This document shows, piece after piece, positions 19,670 through 28,519 of a stretch of 64,000 bases of DNA. Numbering within the stretch: position 1 is the stretch's first letter; each line of letters opens with the position of its first letter. A model generated the notes under the pieces. The model saw only the letters and a program-made list of their open reading frames with translations. It was not told the DNA's origin and searched no databases. Made by a program: the position numbers and the translations under genes. This DNA is from Kiritimatiellia bacterium. Lineage in GTDB: Bacteria; Verrucomicrobiota; Kiritimatiellia; RFP12; UBA1067. The stretch covers positions 736,001-800,000 of the forward strand of contig JBMNFY010000017.1 in assembly GCA_050949565.1 (NCBI GenBank), in the 5' to 3' direction.

Positions 19670-21129
19670 GGCTTGTTTTGCTTGAACAGGTTGAGGCGGT
19701 TTTGCAACGCCGATGCCTTCGCGGATTCATCGGCCTTGGAGAAGAGTTCGATGGCGCGATTGGTGCAGTCGATCGCGCGGCGGAATGCGCCGCGCTCGGC
19801 ATGGGCTACGCCCAGTACAGCTAGAGCGTGAGGGTCCCGGTCGCGCAACAGACTACTCGCACGCTCGGCCAACTTGACAGCCTCACGTCCATCACGTAGT
19901 TCAGCGTAGGGCGATGCCCCCATGATCCAAGCTACGGCACAGAGTGCCTCAGTGTCTTGGGGATTGACGGCCAGTGCGTCTTGCGCCGTTTGCAACACGG
20001 TGCGTGCGCGCTCCACCTGAGCACTGCGCAGGGCCTGCTCGGCTTCGTTTTTGAAGTCCAGACTCAATCCGGCCAACCGGAACTTGGTCTCGATGTCAAC
20101 TTTGTCGATCGCCTTGATGTAGGCGTCTTCGGCGGAGATGATGCCTTTTACAGCCTGTCGTGTCAGTTCGTCGCCGAAGGTCTGCATGCCCTCTTTACGT
20201 CCGGTCTGCATGAGCGACGGGATCATGTGGGTCTTGGCTTCACGGATCAGGGCGGCAACGGCAGTGTTGACAACCAGTACCTCGAAGGTCGCGATACGTC
20301 CGCCCTCGATCTTTTTGCAGAGCGTCTGCGCGACCACGCCTTGGAGCGTGTCGGCCAGCATCGAACGAATCTGATTCTGACGCCCCTCCGGAAACTTGTC
20401 GATCATGCGCTCAACGGCGGTTACCGCGTTGTTGGTGTGGAGCGTGGTGAAGACCAAGTGACCGGTCTCAGCCGTCTCGATGGCGATTTCCATGGTTTCC
20501 AGATCGCGCATTTCGCCAACTAGCACGATGTCGGGATCTTCACGCAACGCCGCGCGCAGCGCGCGTGCAAAGCTCTCGGTGTTGCGGTGTACCTCGCGCT
20601 GGTTGATGACGCATTTTTTGGGTGTGTGTACGAACTCAATCGGGTCTTCGATGGTGATGATATGTTCGTTACGGTTCTGGTTAATGTAGTCGATCATCGC
20701 CGCAAGCGTGGTTGACTTGCCGCTGCCGGTGGGTCCCGTGATGATCACCAGCCCCTTGGAGAGCATGCAGAAGGTGCGCATCACCTCGGGCAGGTTGAGT
20801 TCCTCAAAGGTGGGGATCACCTCCGGGATGACGCGCAGCACCGTGCAATAGCCATTCATGTCGCGGTAACCGTTGACACGAAAGCGCGCCACCCCTTTGA
20901 TCTCATACGCGCAATCGGTATCGTACTCGGTCGTAAGTTGCTCAATATTGGCCGCCGGCATGATCTCTTTGAGATAATCCAGAACATCCTCGCTGGTGAA
21001 GACCGGCTCTCCGGGCACGGGAGAAAGCGCGCCGTGGATGCGGCGGAAGGGGGGGCGACCCGCACTGAGATGCAGGTCACTCCCCGATTCGTTCACGAGC
21101 GAAATGAGCAGTCGGTCAATACGCGCCAT
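19654..21129 (-). CDS. pilT: Type IV pilus retraction ATPase with C-terminal TPR extension
   Basis: GPTGSGKST, TIEDPIE, LREDPD, GHLVFTTLH, ALIRE, GMQT; about 130-aa TPR-like tail. Confidence 0.92.
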   Translation of the reverse strand: MARIDRLLISLVNESGSDLHLSAGRPPFRRIHGALSPVPGEPVFTSEDVLDYLKEIMPAANIEQLTTEYDTDCAYEIKGVARFRVNGYRDMNGYCTVLRVIPEVIPTFEELNLPEVMRTFCMLSKGLVIITGPTGSGKSTTLAAMIDYINQNRNEHIITIEDPIEFVHTPKKCVINQREVHRNTESFARALRAALREDPDIVLVGEMRDLETMEIAIETAETGHLVFTTLHTNNAVTAVERMIDKFPEGRQNQIRSMLADTLQGVVAQTLCKKIEGGRIATFEVLVVNTAVAALIREAKTHMIPSLMQTGRKEGMQTFGDELTRQAVKGIISAEDAYIKAIDKVDIETKFRLAGLSLDFKNEAEQALRSAQVERARTVLQTAQDALAVNPQDTEALCAVAWIMGASPYAELRDGREAVKLAERASSLLRDRDPHALAVLGVAHAERGAFRRAIDCTNRAIELFSKADESAKASALQNRLNLFKQNKPYRDE

Positions 21130-21189
21130 GGGCGATGCCTCTTCGGATTGGAACGGGCGTCCCCGCCCGCTTTTTTGAGCGTTGAACGT

Positions 21190-21320
21190 TTTTTAACGCA
21201 GAGGCGCAGGGACGCAGAGGTTTCATGGTTTCGGGTTTCATGGTTTCGGGTCTCATGGTTTCGGGTTTCATGGTTTCGGGTCTCATGGTTTGATCCACAG
21301 ATTACACAGATGACGCAGAT
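21190..21320 (+). repeat. Triple-9-mer modules flanking about 5 x 15-bp TTTCATGGTTTCGGG
   Basis: Read directly. Confidence 0.85.
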
Positions 21321-21397
21321 TTTTTGCCAAGTTATGAAACCTGAAGCCCATGAAACCAAAAACCTATTACCTGTTACCTCGCTTGCCAGTACTCCCG

Positions 21398-23239
21398 TTA
21401 GTTGTCCTTGAGCAGCGGCACGACCGGCGTTTCAGCCGGTTTTGCCGCAGCCGCAGCCTCGGCTTCGCTGGTCAACTGCTCGGCAGGCGTCACCGCGACA
21501 GGACGCAGGTCCTCTTCCTCCGCCACAGGCTTGGCGGGCTTCTTGGGATCGCTAATGCTGAGAACTTCTTCCTTGGTGCGGTCGCCGGGCTCCTTGAGAT
21601 CACCGGTAAAGAGGTCGCGTCCCAGAATCGCGTTCTTGGGCATGCCAATATCCTCGGGCAGGGTGCCCGGGTCAGCGATGCCGACCGTGACAAAGATGAT
21701 GATCTCCTTCTGCTGCTTCTGGCGGCTCTTCCAGCCGAAGACGCGCGGACCGATCCACGGCAGTTTACGCAGGAAGGGAATACCGGAATCGATGTTCCCC
21801 TCCGTAGTACGGGTCAGACCGCCGATCACAGCGGTAGCACCGTCCTGCATGGTGAAGACAGTCTGCATGCGCTGCATGTCAATGATCGGAAACTGCGGGG
21901 TTGGTGTGTCTGCGCCCACGCCACCAAACTGGTAGAATTCGCCGTACTCTGTACTCAGGGCGCTAATGGAGGGCTCCACCACCATCGTAATCAGCCCGGC
22001 CGGACTGACGCGCGGCGTGACCTTGACACTGATGCCCCAACTGAAGAAGGCCTCACCCGCGAAAAGGCCACGGCCCTTGCCGTCACGGTCGCCTTTGTCA
22101 CCGGGAATAACCTCCAGGCGCGCAGAGATGTCGAGTTGATCGTTCTGGACACCAGTTCGCGATGTCGTCATCGACACGTTCGGCAACTTGGTGGTCATAT
22201 CAACGACCGCTTCTTTCTCGTTGGCAACGATGATCTTGGGATTGGAGAAGATCGAGACGCCGTCGATTTGCTCGAAGGCACTCATGGCCAACCGGAAGCC
22301 ATCAACCGAGAGCTGCCCGCTGGCACCGCGCGCCCGCTTCCAACTCATGTCCTCTGCACTCCGGCCGGCGCCTTTGGTCAGGCCGTCAGTGGTCATGGAG
22401 GCGGCCGGAATTTTTCCGGGCGTAACAAGGACATCAACGCTCTCTTTGCCAGCCACGCCGTCGCGGACATCGGTCGTCCCCGTTCTGTAGGCAGCAAGCT
22501 TACCGTCGTTGCGTTCCATGCCGGCATTGATGTCGTGCAGGTTGACGCCCCACTCCTTGAGCTGATCCCACTTCATGCCGAGTTGCCGACTGGCGGCGGC
22601 GGTCAGTTCAACAAAACGGACCTCAATGTAGACTTGCGGCGTCGGCTTGTCGATGGCTTCGATCATAGCCTCGCACTCGAAGATCTGCTTCTCGGTTGCG
22701 GTGACGATGATCACGTTGCCGGCATTGTAGGAGACGGCGGAGACCAGCGGCTTGCCCGTTGCATCCCGACCGAACGCGCTAACGACAAGATTGGTGATCT
22801 CATCGGCGCGGGCATGTTTGAGGTCGAACGTCTTGGTGATCTTGGGGATCACATCGGTCTTAGCCCTTACAATGTAAATACCCGATCCGGCGGGCTCTTC
22901 GGCAAGCTGCAGGCCCTGCGGCTCCAAAATGGAGGTCAGCCCTTTGCGCCACGGCACATTATCGAGGCGCACGCTAATTCTGGCCTGCAGGTTAGAGTCG
23001 CCGCCGGAGATGATGTTAGCACCGGTGGCATCGCGGAAGGCTTTGACCACATCGGCGATTGGTGTTTCATCGAATGACATTGAGACCAGCGGCTCGGTGT
23101 CAGAAGCGTCCGTCACGCGCACCCCCTGCTCGGCAGGCGGTGCAGCGGCGGGCGTCTGAGCGGCGGCTGGTTCTTGAGCGATCGCCGCATGCATAGCAAC
23201 GGCGAGCGATGCGATACAGACTAGGTTTAATTTCTTCAT
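21398..23239 (-). CDS. pilQ: Secretin (PilQ/GspD family)
   Basis: STN/N domains; IDKPTPQVYIEVRFVE; GIPFLRKLPWIG; last gene of pilMNO(P)Q. Confidence 0.88.
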   Translation of the reverse strand: MKKLNLVCIASLAVAMHAAIAQEPAAAQTPAAAPPAEQGVRVTDASDTEPLVSMSFDETPIADVVKAFRDATGANIISGGDSNLQARISVRLDNVPWRKGLTSILEPQGLQLAEEPAGSGIYIVRAKTDVIPKITKTFDLKHARADEITNLVVSAFGRDATGKPLVSAVSYNAGNVIIVTATEKQIFECEAMIEAIDKPTPQVYIEVRFVELTAAASRQLGMKWDQLKEWGVNLHDINAGMERNDGKLAAYRTGTTDVRDGVAGKESVDVLVTPGKIPAASMTTDGLTKGAGRSAEDMSWKRARGASGQLSVDGFRLAMSAFEQIDGVSIFSNPKIIVANEKEAVVDMTTKLPNVSMTTSRTGVQNDQLDISARLEVIPGDKGDRDGKGRGLFAGEAFFSWGISVKVTPRVSPAGLITMVVEPSISALSTEYGEFYQFGGVGADTPTPQFPIIDMQRMQTVFTMQDGATAVIGGLTRTTEGNIDSGIPFLRKLPWIGPRVFGWKSRQKQQKEIIIFVTVGIADPGTLPEDIGMPKNAILGRDLFTGDLKEPGDRTKEEVLSISDPKKPAKPVAEEEDLRPVAVTPAEQLTSEAEAAAAAKPAETPVVPLLKDN

Positions 23240-23265
23240 TTGGATACTCCTGTTTCGTTGTGTGT

Positions 23266-24000
23266 TTATTGAGCAGGGAGAGGGTTTGGGAGCAGGCGGG
23301 TGGCGCTCACCGGCTTCAGTTTCAGTGTGAGGTCGGCGAGCGACTCGATACTCCAGATAAAATGGATGTTGTCGTTGGTGACCGTCAGGGTGTCGCCAAC
23401 CGTATAGCTGACACGGTTGATCATGGCCAACGTACGAGTCTCACCGCTGACTGGGTTTTTGGATTGGGTAAATCCGCTGACCGTAAACAAATCACGAGCG
23501 GCCTTCCAGTCGTCTTCGGTGATCGGCGGAGGAGGCGGCGGTTTTGGCTTTTCCTGAGCCGGCGGTTTTTCGGGCAGCGCCGGCGCGGGCTGCTCCACCA
23601 CTTCCGGCTCGGGCTTGGGCGGCTCATAGCCGATAGGCCAGAACGGATCGCGCACGGCGTACGCGCAAGTGGCGGCAAGCAGGAGGGGGAGCGACCATTT
23701 TACCGCAGAGACGCAGAGGGTTGGTTTCGGGTTTCTGGTTTCGGGTTTCATCCACAGATGACACAGATGACGCAGATGGTTGAGGGTTGAGCGTTTTTTA
23801 ACGCAGAGACGCAGAGACGCAGAGATTTTCCACAGCGGAGCGGCGTGTCCGCCGCTGCGCTGTGAACGTGTACGGCATCCGGGCTCGCGGAGCACCGGGA
23901 GGGGCAAGCGTCTGCTTGCCCGCGGACGAGCAGACGCTCGTCCCTCCCCTCCTGCGTCGCCTACACTGGCACGAACACGTCGCTCACACTTCATGTTCAT
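23266..24000 (-). CDS. PilP-position protein (RDPF motif) whose 5' part reads through inserted repeats
   Basis: ATGA coupling to the pilO stop; signal-like segment then VRDPFWP; located between pilO and the secretin. Confidence 0.6.
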   Translation of the reverse strand: MNMKCERRVRASVGDAGGEGRASARPRASRRLPLPVLREPGCRTRSQRSGGHAAPLWKISASLRLCVKKRSTLNHLRHLCHLWMKPETRNPKPTLCVSAVKWSLPLLLAATCAYAVRDPFWPIGYEPPKPEPEVVEQPAPALPEKPPAQEKPKPPPPPPITEDDWKAARDLFTVSGFTQSKNPVSGETRTLAMINRVSYTVGDTLTVTNDNIHFIWSIESLADLTLKLKPVSATRLLPNPLPAQ

Positions 24001-24605
24001 TTGCGTTTCTCCCCTTTGACGGGCCACTCAAACGTGATGGTGGCTTTGTGGCGCTCCGGTGTCGACATCTGGTGCTCGATCCTGAGCCCGGACACAACAG
24101 CAAGCGGAAACGCCCGCTCGGCGGCCTGTACAAAAGCCACAATCTGCGTGTAAGCGCCGTAACCGGTGAACTCAACCAGTTGACGGGCGTAGAGCTGCTG
24201 CGGTGGCGGCTTCGGGACTTGCAACGGGATCAAACGCTCCTCCTTGACGTTGGCGATCGTGAAACCGGTCTCCTTGGCCAGCGGGTCCATCAGCGACTTG
24301 CCGCGCATGGCGAACGAGCCGAGCAACGGCTCAATCACGCCCTCGTCGAGTATGTCCTTGAGCGTGGCCTCCGCAACCTCGGTGGCCGTCCGCTGCTTCT
24401 GGGTACCGGTGATATCTGCCTTCATGGACACATGCTTGGCGTTCAGTTGCGCGACCTCGGCAGTCAGCGTTTTAATCCGTTCGCGGGCGGGCTTGATTCC
24501 GAAGACGACGACCGCCAGCCCGATGATCAGGGCGGCACCAACAACCCCCAACGCCATACGAACCGGCGGGGAGAGCTTATTGAGCGCGAAGGGGGCGTCT
24601 TTCAT
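23997..24605 (-). CDS. pilO: PilO/GspM-like inner-membrane assembly protein
   Basis: TM + coiled coil + G.Y.QI..FV motif; operon position. Confidence 0.7.
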   Translation of the reverse strand: MKDAPFALNKLSPPVRMALGVVGAALIIGLAVVVFGIKPARERIKTLTAEVAQLNAKHVSMKADITGTQKQRTATEVAEATLKDILDEGVIEPLLGSFAMRGKSLMDPLAKETGFTIANVKEERLIPLQVPKPPPQQLYARQLVEFTGYGAYTQIVAFVQAAERAFPLAVVSGLRIEHQMSTPERHKATITFEWPVKGEKRK

Positions 24606-25267
24606 TCGAACCTCCTTTCGCCGCAGTCGCATGAGATTTCAAAAAGGATATTCTCGCGTGCGGCGGGACCGCGCGCGATGTCTTGACGAAACGCGCCTTT
24701 AGGGATTTCAGCCTTACGGACCAGATTGGTAAAGGCCGGCTTGCGCAGGGCTTCGAGCAGAGACCGAATGGCCTCACTGGAGGTGCCACTACTGGCGCGG
24801 CCCACGATGCGCAGAGAGACGGCCTCTGTCAGGTTGGTGGGGCCCAACGGCTTGACTTTAAGGGCGGGGTCCGGAGGGGGCTGCAGCGGCGGCGGGGGCA
24901 CGCGCAGCTCGGTGAACTGGATTGACGCCGGAACATGCTGCGGCAGGTGTCCGAGCACGTCGCCGAAGCGGATACGCGCAGTGCGATAGAAGCCAAGCTG
25001 ACTGACTGCCGCGCGCGCCTCTTTCTCACGAGCACGCAACGCCAAAACCTGATCATGCGCTGGCTTGAGTTCTGCGCAATGCGTCTCCAGAAGCGTCTTT
25101 TCGTTGGTGACGTTGCCAACTCTCGCGATGAGCAGCAGCCACCAGACACCGAGACCCACGACAGCCAAAACCGCAAGCAACGGTATCATAACACGCGCCC
25201 GGACCGGACTGGAGCCGAAGCGCTCATCGTCCTGCAAAAGGTTTAAGTGGAGGGATGCGTCGTTCAT
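24602..25267 (-). CDS. pilN: PilN-like protein
   Basis: N-terminal LNLL motif, TM, coiled coil; operon position. Confidence 0.75.
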   Translation of the reverse strand: MNDASLHLNLLQDDERFGSSPVRARVMIPLLAVLAVVGLGVWWLLLIARVGNVTNEKTLLETHCAELKPAHDQVLALRAREKEARAAVSQLGFYRTARIRFGDVLGHLPQHVPASIQFTELRVPPPPLQPPPDPALKVKPLGPTNLTEAVSLRIVGRASSGTSSEAIRSLLEALRKPAFTNLVRKAEIPKGAFRQDIARGPAARENILFEISCDCGERRFE

Positions 25268-26268
25268 ACGTCCTCCAATACAGTGCGAGCCGCCCCCAAC
25301 GCCGTCATCAGCAACGGAGCGCGCTTTTCCACGTCCTCAGGCAACCGGGTGGCCTGTCCGGTCCGTCTGATCCCGTCGAACGGCGAGCAGAATGTCATGG
25401 TTTGGTTCATCACGCGCTTGAACAACGTCGCCCAATGCGCACCACCGACCGTCAAACCGTTGACGAAGAAGTGCTCGACCTGGCATTTGCAACGGCGCAG
25501 CAGATAGTCCGCAGAGATCTCAATCTGGCGGTAGAGCGGGCGCAGGATCGGCTCGATAACCGGTACGGGATCAATCAGCGTATCCTCCAGCACCGAATCA
25601 ACCAGTTCGGGCTCGATGCCCAACTGGCTGCTGATAGCATCGCGCAGATGACCCATGCCCACCGCGTGCTCGCGGTAGAAGACCAGCTTACTATCTTGGA
25701 AGGCGGCCAGCGATGTCGACTCCGCGAACACGAACAACGCGACTGCATGACCCCCGGCCTGCGCCAGCGCGGAAGATGCCGCGAACCCGCCCATCGCCGC
25801 AGCAGCGGCGACCTGAAGCGAGCAGGCCGTCGGACGGTGCCCTTCAGGCAGAAGACGCGCCGCCCACGCCGCCTGAAACTCAGGCAGACTGGCCACCAGC
25901 GGCGGCGTCTCCGGAGCAGTCTGGCGGGATACACTCCGCAAAGACCCGGCGCGGTCCGCCGTCTCGCCGTGGCCACCGGCCGTATGGCGTAGGCTGGCGT
26001 GCGGCGAGCGTATGGCCAAGGCCGCGTGCGGCGCCCTGAAAGGAGCGGGCAACCGCCACGTCTGCGCCTCGCTCGCTCCCGACAACATCGGCAACGCACC
26101 CGGCAGGTCAAGAAAGCCTGCCGCCACCATCTCGACCTGCCCCTTGCTTTTACGCAACCGAACAGCCGGCACACCTTCGCTCAAATCAGCCCCCACTTCA
26201 AGGCCCGTGACATCAGAACAGGCCTTAAATGGCTTCATGAACGAATCTGAAAGAGAAACTCGCGGCAT
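25264..26268 (-). CDS. pilM: PilM-like (actin-fold) assembly protein
   Basis: GLEVG start, FYREHAVG, CSPF..ALGAAR ending; first gene of the operon. Confidence 0.7.
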   Translation of the reverse strand: MPRVSLSDSFMKPFKACSDVTGLEVGADLSEGVPAVRLRKSKGQVEMVAAGFLDLPGALPMLSGASEAQTWRLPAPFRAPHAALAIRSPHASLRHTAGGHGETADRAGSLRSVSRQTAPETPPLVASLPEFQAAWAARLLPEGHRPTACSLQVAAAAAMGGFAASSALAQAGGHAVALFVFAESTSLAAFQDSKLVFYREHAVGMGHLRDAISSQLGIEPELVDSVLEDTLIDPVPVIEPILRPLYRQIEISADYLLRRCKCQVEHFFVNGLTVGGAHWATLFKRVMNQTMTFCSPFDGIRRTGQATRLPEDVEKRAPLLMTALGAARTVLEDV

Positions 26269-26588
26269 GGTATCCCACGGGAAGCATAAAGAGTGCCAGA
26301 GAGAAAGTAAGAGGCAATAGGTAAGAAGTAAGAGGCAAGAAGGCGCAAGCGCTCAACGTTAAACTCTCAAGCGGAAAGTTCGGGAGAGGGAAGGCGGCGC
26401 AAACGCCGCTCACAGGACGGGGCGCATTTTGCGGTAATGTCCACTATCACGCTCATACCCCAACGAGTCTTCTCGTTTTTGCAAACTCCTTTGCAGAAGA
26501 GAGAACCAGGGCCGTTCATTAGTACGCTAGTGCCTTATCGGCCGATAAGGCCAATCAAAAACAAGTTTTCTCACACGAAGGCACTAAG

Positions 26589-26871
26589 CCTAAAAAGAGC
26601 AGTTGAACCTTCAACTCTCTTTGGTTTCTGGTTTCAAAGTTTCATGGTTTCATCCAAATCGGGATCGGGATCGCTATCGGGATCGATTGTTTAACCACGG
26701 AACACACCGAACACACGGAAAGGCATGGCTCTGTTTCCGTGTGTTCGGTGTGTTCCGTGGTTCCAATCAGAAATTGCGTTCTGCACCAAATAGGTGCGGC
26801 GCGGATCTCAACGGAAGCCAATGTTTACGGGGCTTTGCTCAAAATCTGCATGCTCAACTGCTCTTTTTAGG
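26589..26871. mobile_element. MITE-like element with perfect 18-bp terminal inverted repeats (CCTAAAAAGAGCAGTTGA)
   Basis: TIRs at 26589-26606 and 26854-26871; a related end at 62004-62093. Confidence 0.7.
26693..26762. repeat. Perfect 29-bp inverted repeat made of two head-to-head triple-9-mer modules
   Basis: AACCACGGAACACACCGAACACACGGAAA-12 nt-exact reverse complement. Confidence 0.95.
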
Positions 26872-26917
26872 TTTAACTTGGGTTGCGGGCTCCGTCCGCA
26901 TTCGTTATTCGTTGCAC

Positions 26918-26932
26918 GGGCATGGATCATGC
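26918..26932 (+). promoter_or_regulatory. Possible sigma54 promoter (GGGCAT-GGATC-ATGC)
   Basis: GG-N10-GC spacing upstream of the PAS/minor pilin operon; weaker match than the others. Confidence 0.4.
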
Positions 26933-26948
26933 TACATTATTGAACGGT

Positions 26949-28052
26949 ATGAAACCTAGTGAAAAATCTCAGACCATCAAAATCGATATCCGGTCGTTGG
27001 GTTACGGGCGCGTGGATAGCGCTCAGACCAAAAACGGCGCGGCACCGTCTAACTATTTCGACCAACTTGACTATCGCTTTCTTTTCGAACATGCCTACGA
27101 CGCGATTCTGCTGGCCGACAGCCGAGGCACGGTGGTGGCAGCCAACACGCGCGCCGATGACTTTTTCGGCTATGGCGCCGGAGGGCTGGCGGGGCGTCCT
27201 CTGAAGACGTTGGTGGCCGGGGTGACGCCATCCCTGCTGCGGGAGATTCAGGATGTGATCGCGCAGGGGCGCTACATGCGCATCCAGGCGTTCGCGGTCC
27301 GCAAGGGCGGCGCACTTCTGGCGGTCGAGGCGGTGGTGATGGGCAATGGCACGCGCTCCCCAGAGCCGGTCTGTTACCTGATCCGTGATATCCAGTCGCG
27401 CTGGGATGCCGAGCAAAAGCTGCTCTCCGCCTATCACGCCATGGACAACACGGACGCGGGGATCGGCATCGTGGACATGCGCGGCATCGTGACGTACGCC
27501 AACCGCATGATGGCCGAGTTGCTGGGCGCGGGGGACGAAAGTGCTGTCGTCGGGCACCACCTCGACACGTGGTTTGACCGTAAGACGGTGTTGAATCCGA
27601 TGCTGGAAAACATCCAGGCGGGCAAAGGCTGGCTAGGCGAGCAACGCCAGCTTGGCGGTGACAAGGCGGGGTGGTTGCAAGTGTCGGCCGTTCCGGATCT
27701 GGACGAGGATGAGGAACTGTGCGGCATGGTGCTCTCGGTCCGCGACAATGCGGAGCGGCGACGCGCCGAGATCGCGGAGCAGCAGGCAGAACGTAGCAGG
27801 GCCTTGGCTGAGAGCCTTTCCACAGCGTGCCACGCGCTCGGACAACCCGCAACCGTGCTCCTGACCAGCATCGAAATGCTGAAGCTCGACGACACACTCG
27901 ACGCAGCAACGCGGAAAGAGATGATCGAGATGTGTTACCATGCAGCGATCCAGTTGCGGGAGCGCGTGCGGCTGTTCTGCGCCGCGCGCAGCGAGGATTT
28001 GCTTGCCGCCAGAGAGGGAAAAGAGGAAGAGGAGGAGGTGAACACGGAATGA
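26949..28052 (+). CDS. Tandem PAS protein with HisKA-like helix and no HATPase domain
   Basis: Two PAS domains; CHALGQPATVLL H-box-like motif; protein ends soon after. Confidence 0.75.
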   Translation: MKPSEKSQTIKIDIRSLGYGRVDSAQTKNGAAPSNYFDQLDYRFLFEHAYDAILLADSRGTVVAANTRADDFFGYGAGGLAGRPLKTLVAGVTPSLLREIQDVIAQGRYMRIQAFAVRKGGALLAVEAVVMGNGTRSPEPVCYLIRDIQSRWDAEQKLLSAYHAMDNTDAGIGIVDMRGIVTYANRMMAELLGAGDESAVVGHHLDTWFDRKTVLNPMLENIQAGKGWLGEQRQLGGDKAGWLQVSAVPDLDEDEELCGMVLSVRDNAERRRAEIAEQQAERSRALAESLSTACHALGQPATVLLTSIEMLKLDDTLDAATRKEMIEMCYHAAIQLRERVRLFCAARSEDLLAAREGKEEEEEVNTE

Positions 28053-28519
28053 GGCGATTCCGCAAACAACAAGGCTTCACTCTGGCCGAGACGGTCGTCG
28101 CCATGGCGCTGCTGGCGATCATCATGATGGCGGTCCTGCCGTTGGTCGACCAGATTATCTGTCGCTTCCAGATGGCACGTGATCACTACGTGGCGGCCAC
28201 GCTCTGTCAGGGACGCATCGAGCGTGCACGCTCCGAGCCTTACGATCAGCTTGAAGCATGGGAAGAGGTCGATGTCCTGGTGGATGCTTTCGGCAACCCC
28301 TCTGCGCCAGACGGACGCTTCCGCCGCACGACGCGCTTGCGGCGTGATTTTCCGGAACCAGGCCTAACCCAGATGACGGTACGCACCGACATCTGCAGTT
28401 GCTCGCGCCTAGGTTGGCGTACCGTGCTGCACCCGATCCGTAGCGGCCCGTTCGCATGCCGTTTCACAGAGGAACGCGAAGAGATGAGCTATCTCTTCAC
28501 TGCATACAGGGAGAGATGA
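28049..28519 (+). CDS. Minor pilin (PilV-like)
   Basis: G|FTLAE prepilin cleavage site. Confidence 0.85.
   Translation: MRRFRKQQGFTLAETVVAMALLAIIMMAVLPLVDQIICRFQMARDHYVAATLCQGRIERARSEPYDQLEAWEEVDVLVDAFGNPSAPDGRFRRTTRLRRDFPEPGLTQMTVRTDICSCSRLGWRTVLHPIRSGPFACRFTEEREEMSYLFTAYRER

Noticed and set aside
26693-26762. Hairpin as a true attC site
   Set aside because: It is a perfect palindrome without extrahelical bases or an R/L spacer mismatch, and there is no cassette context.
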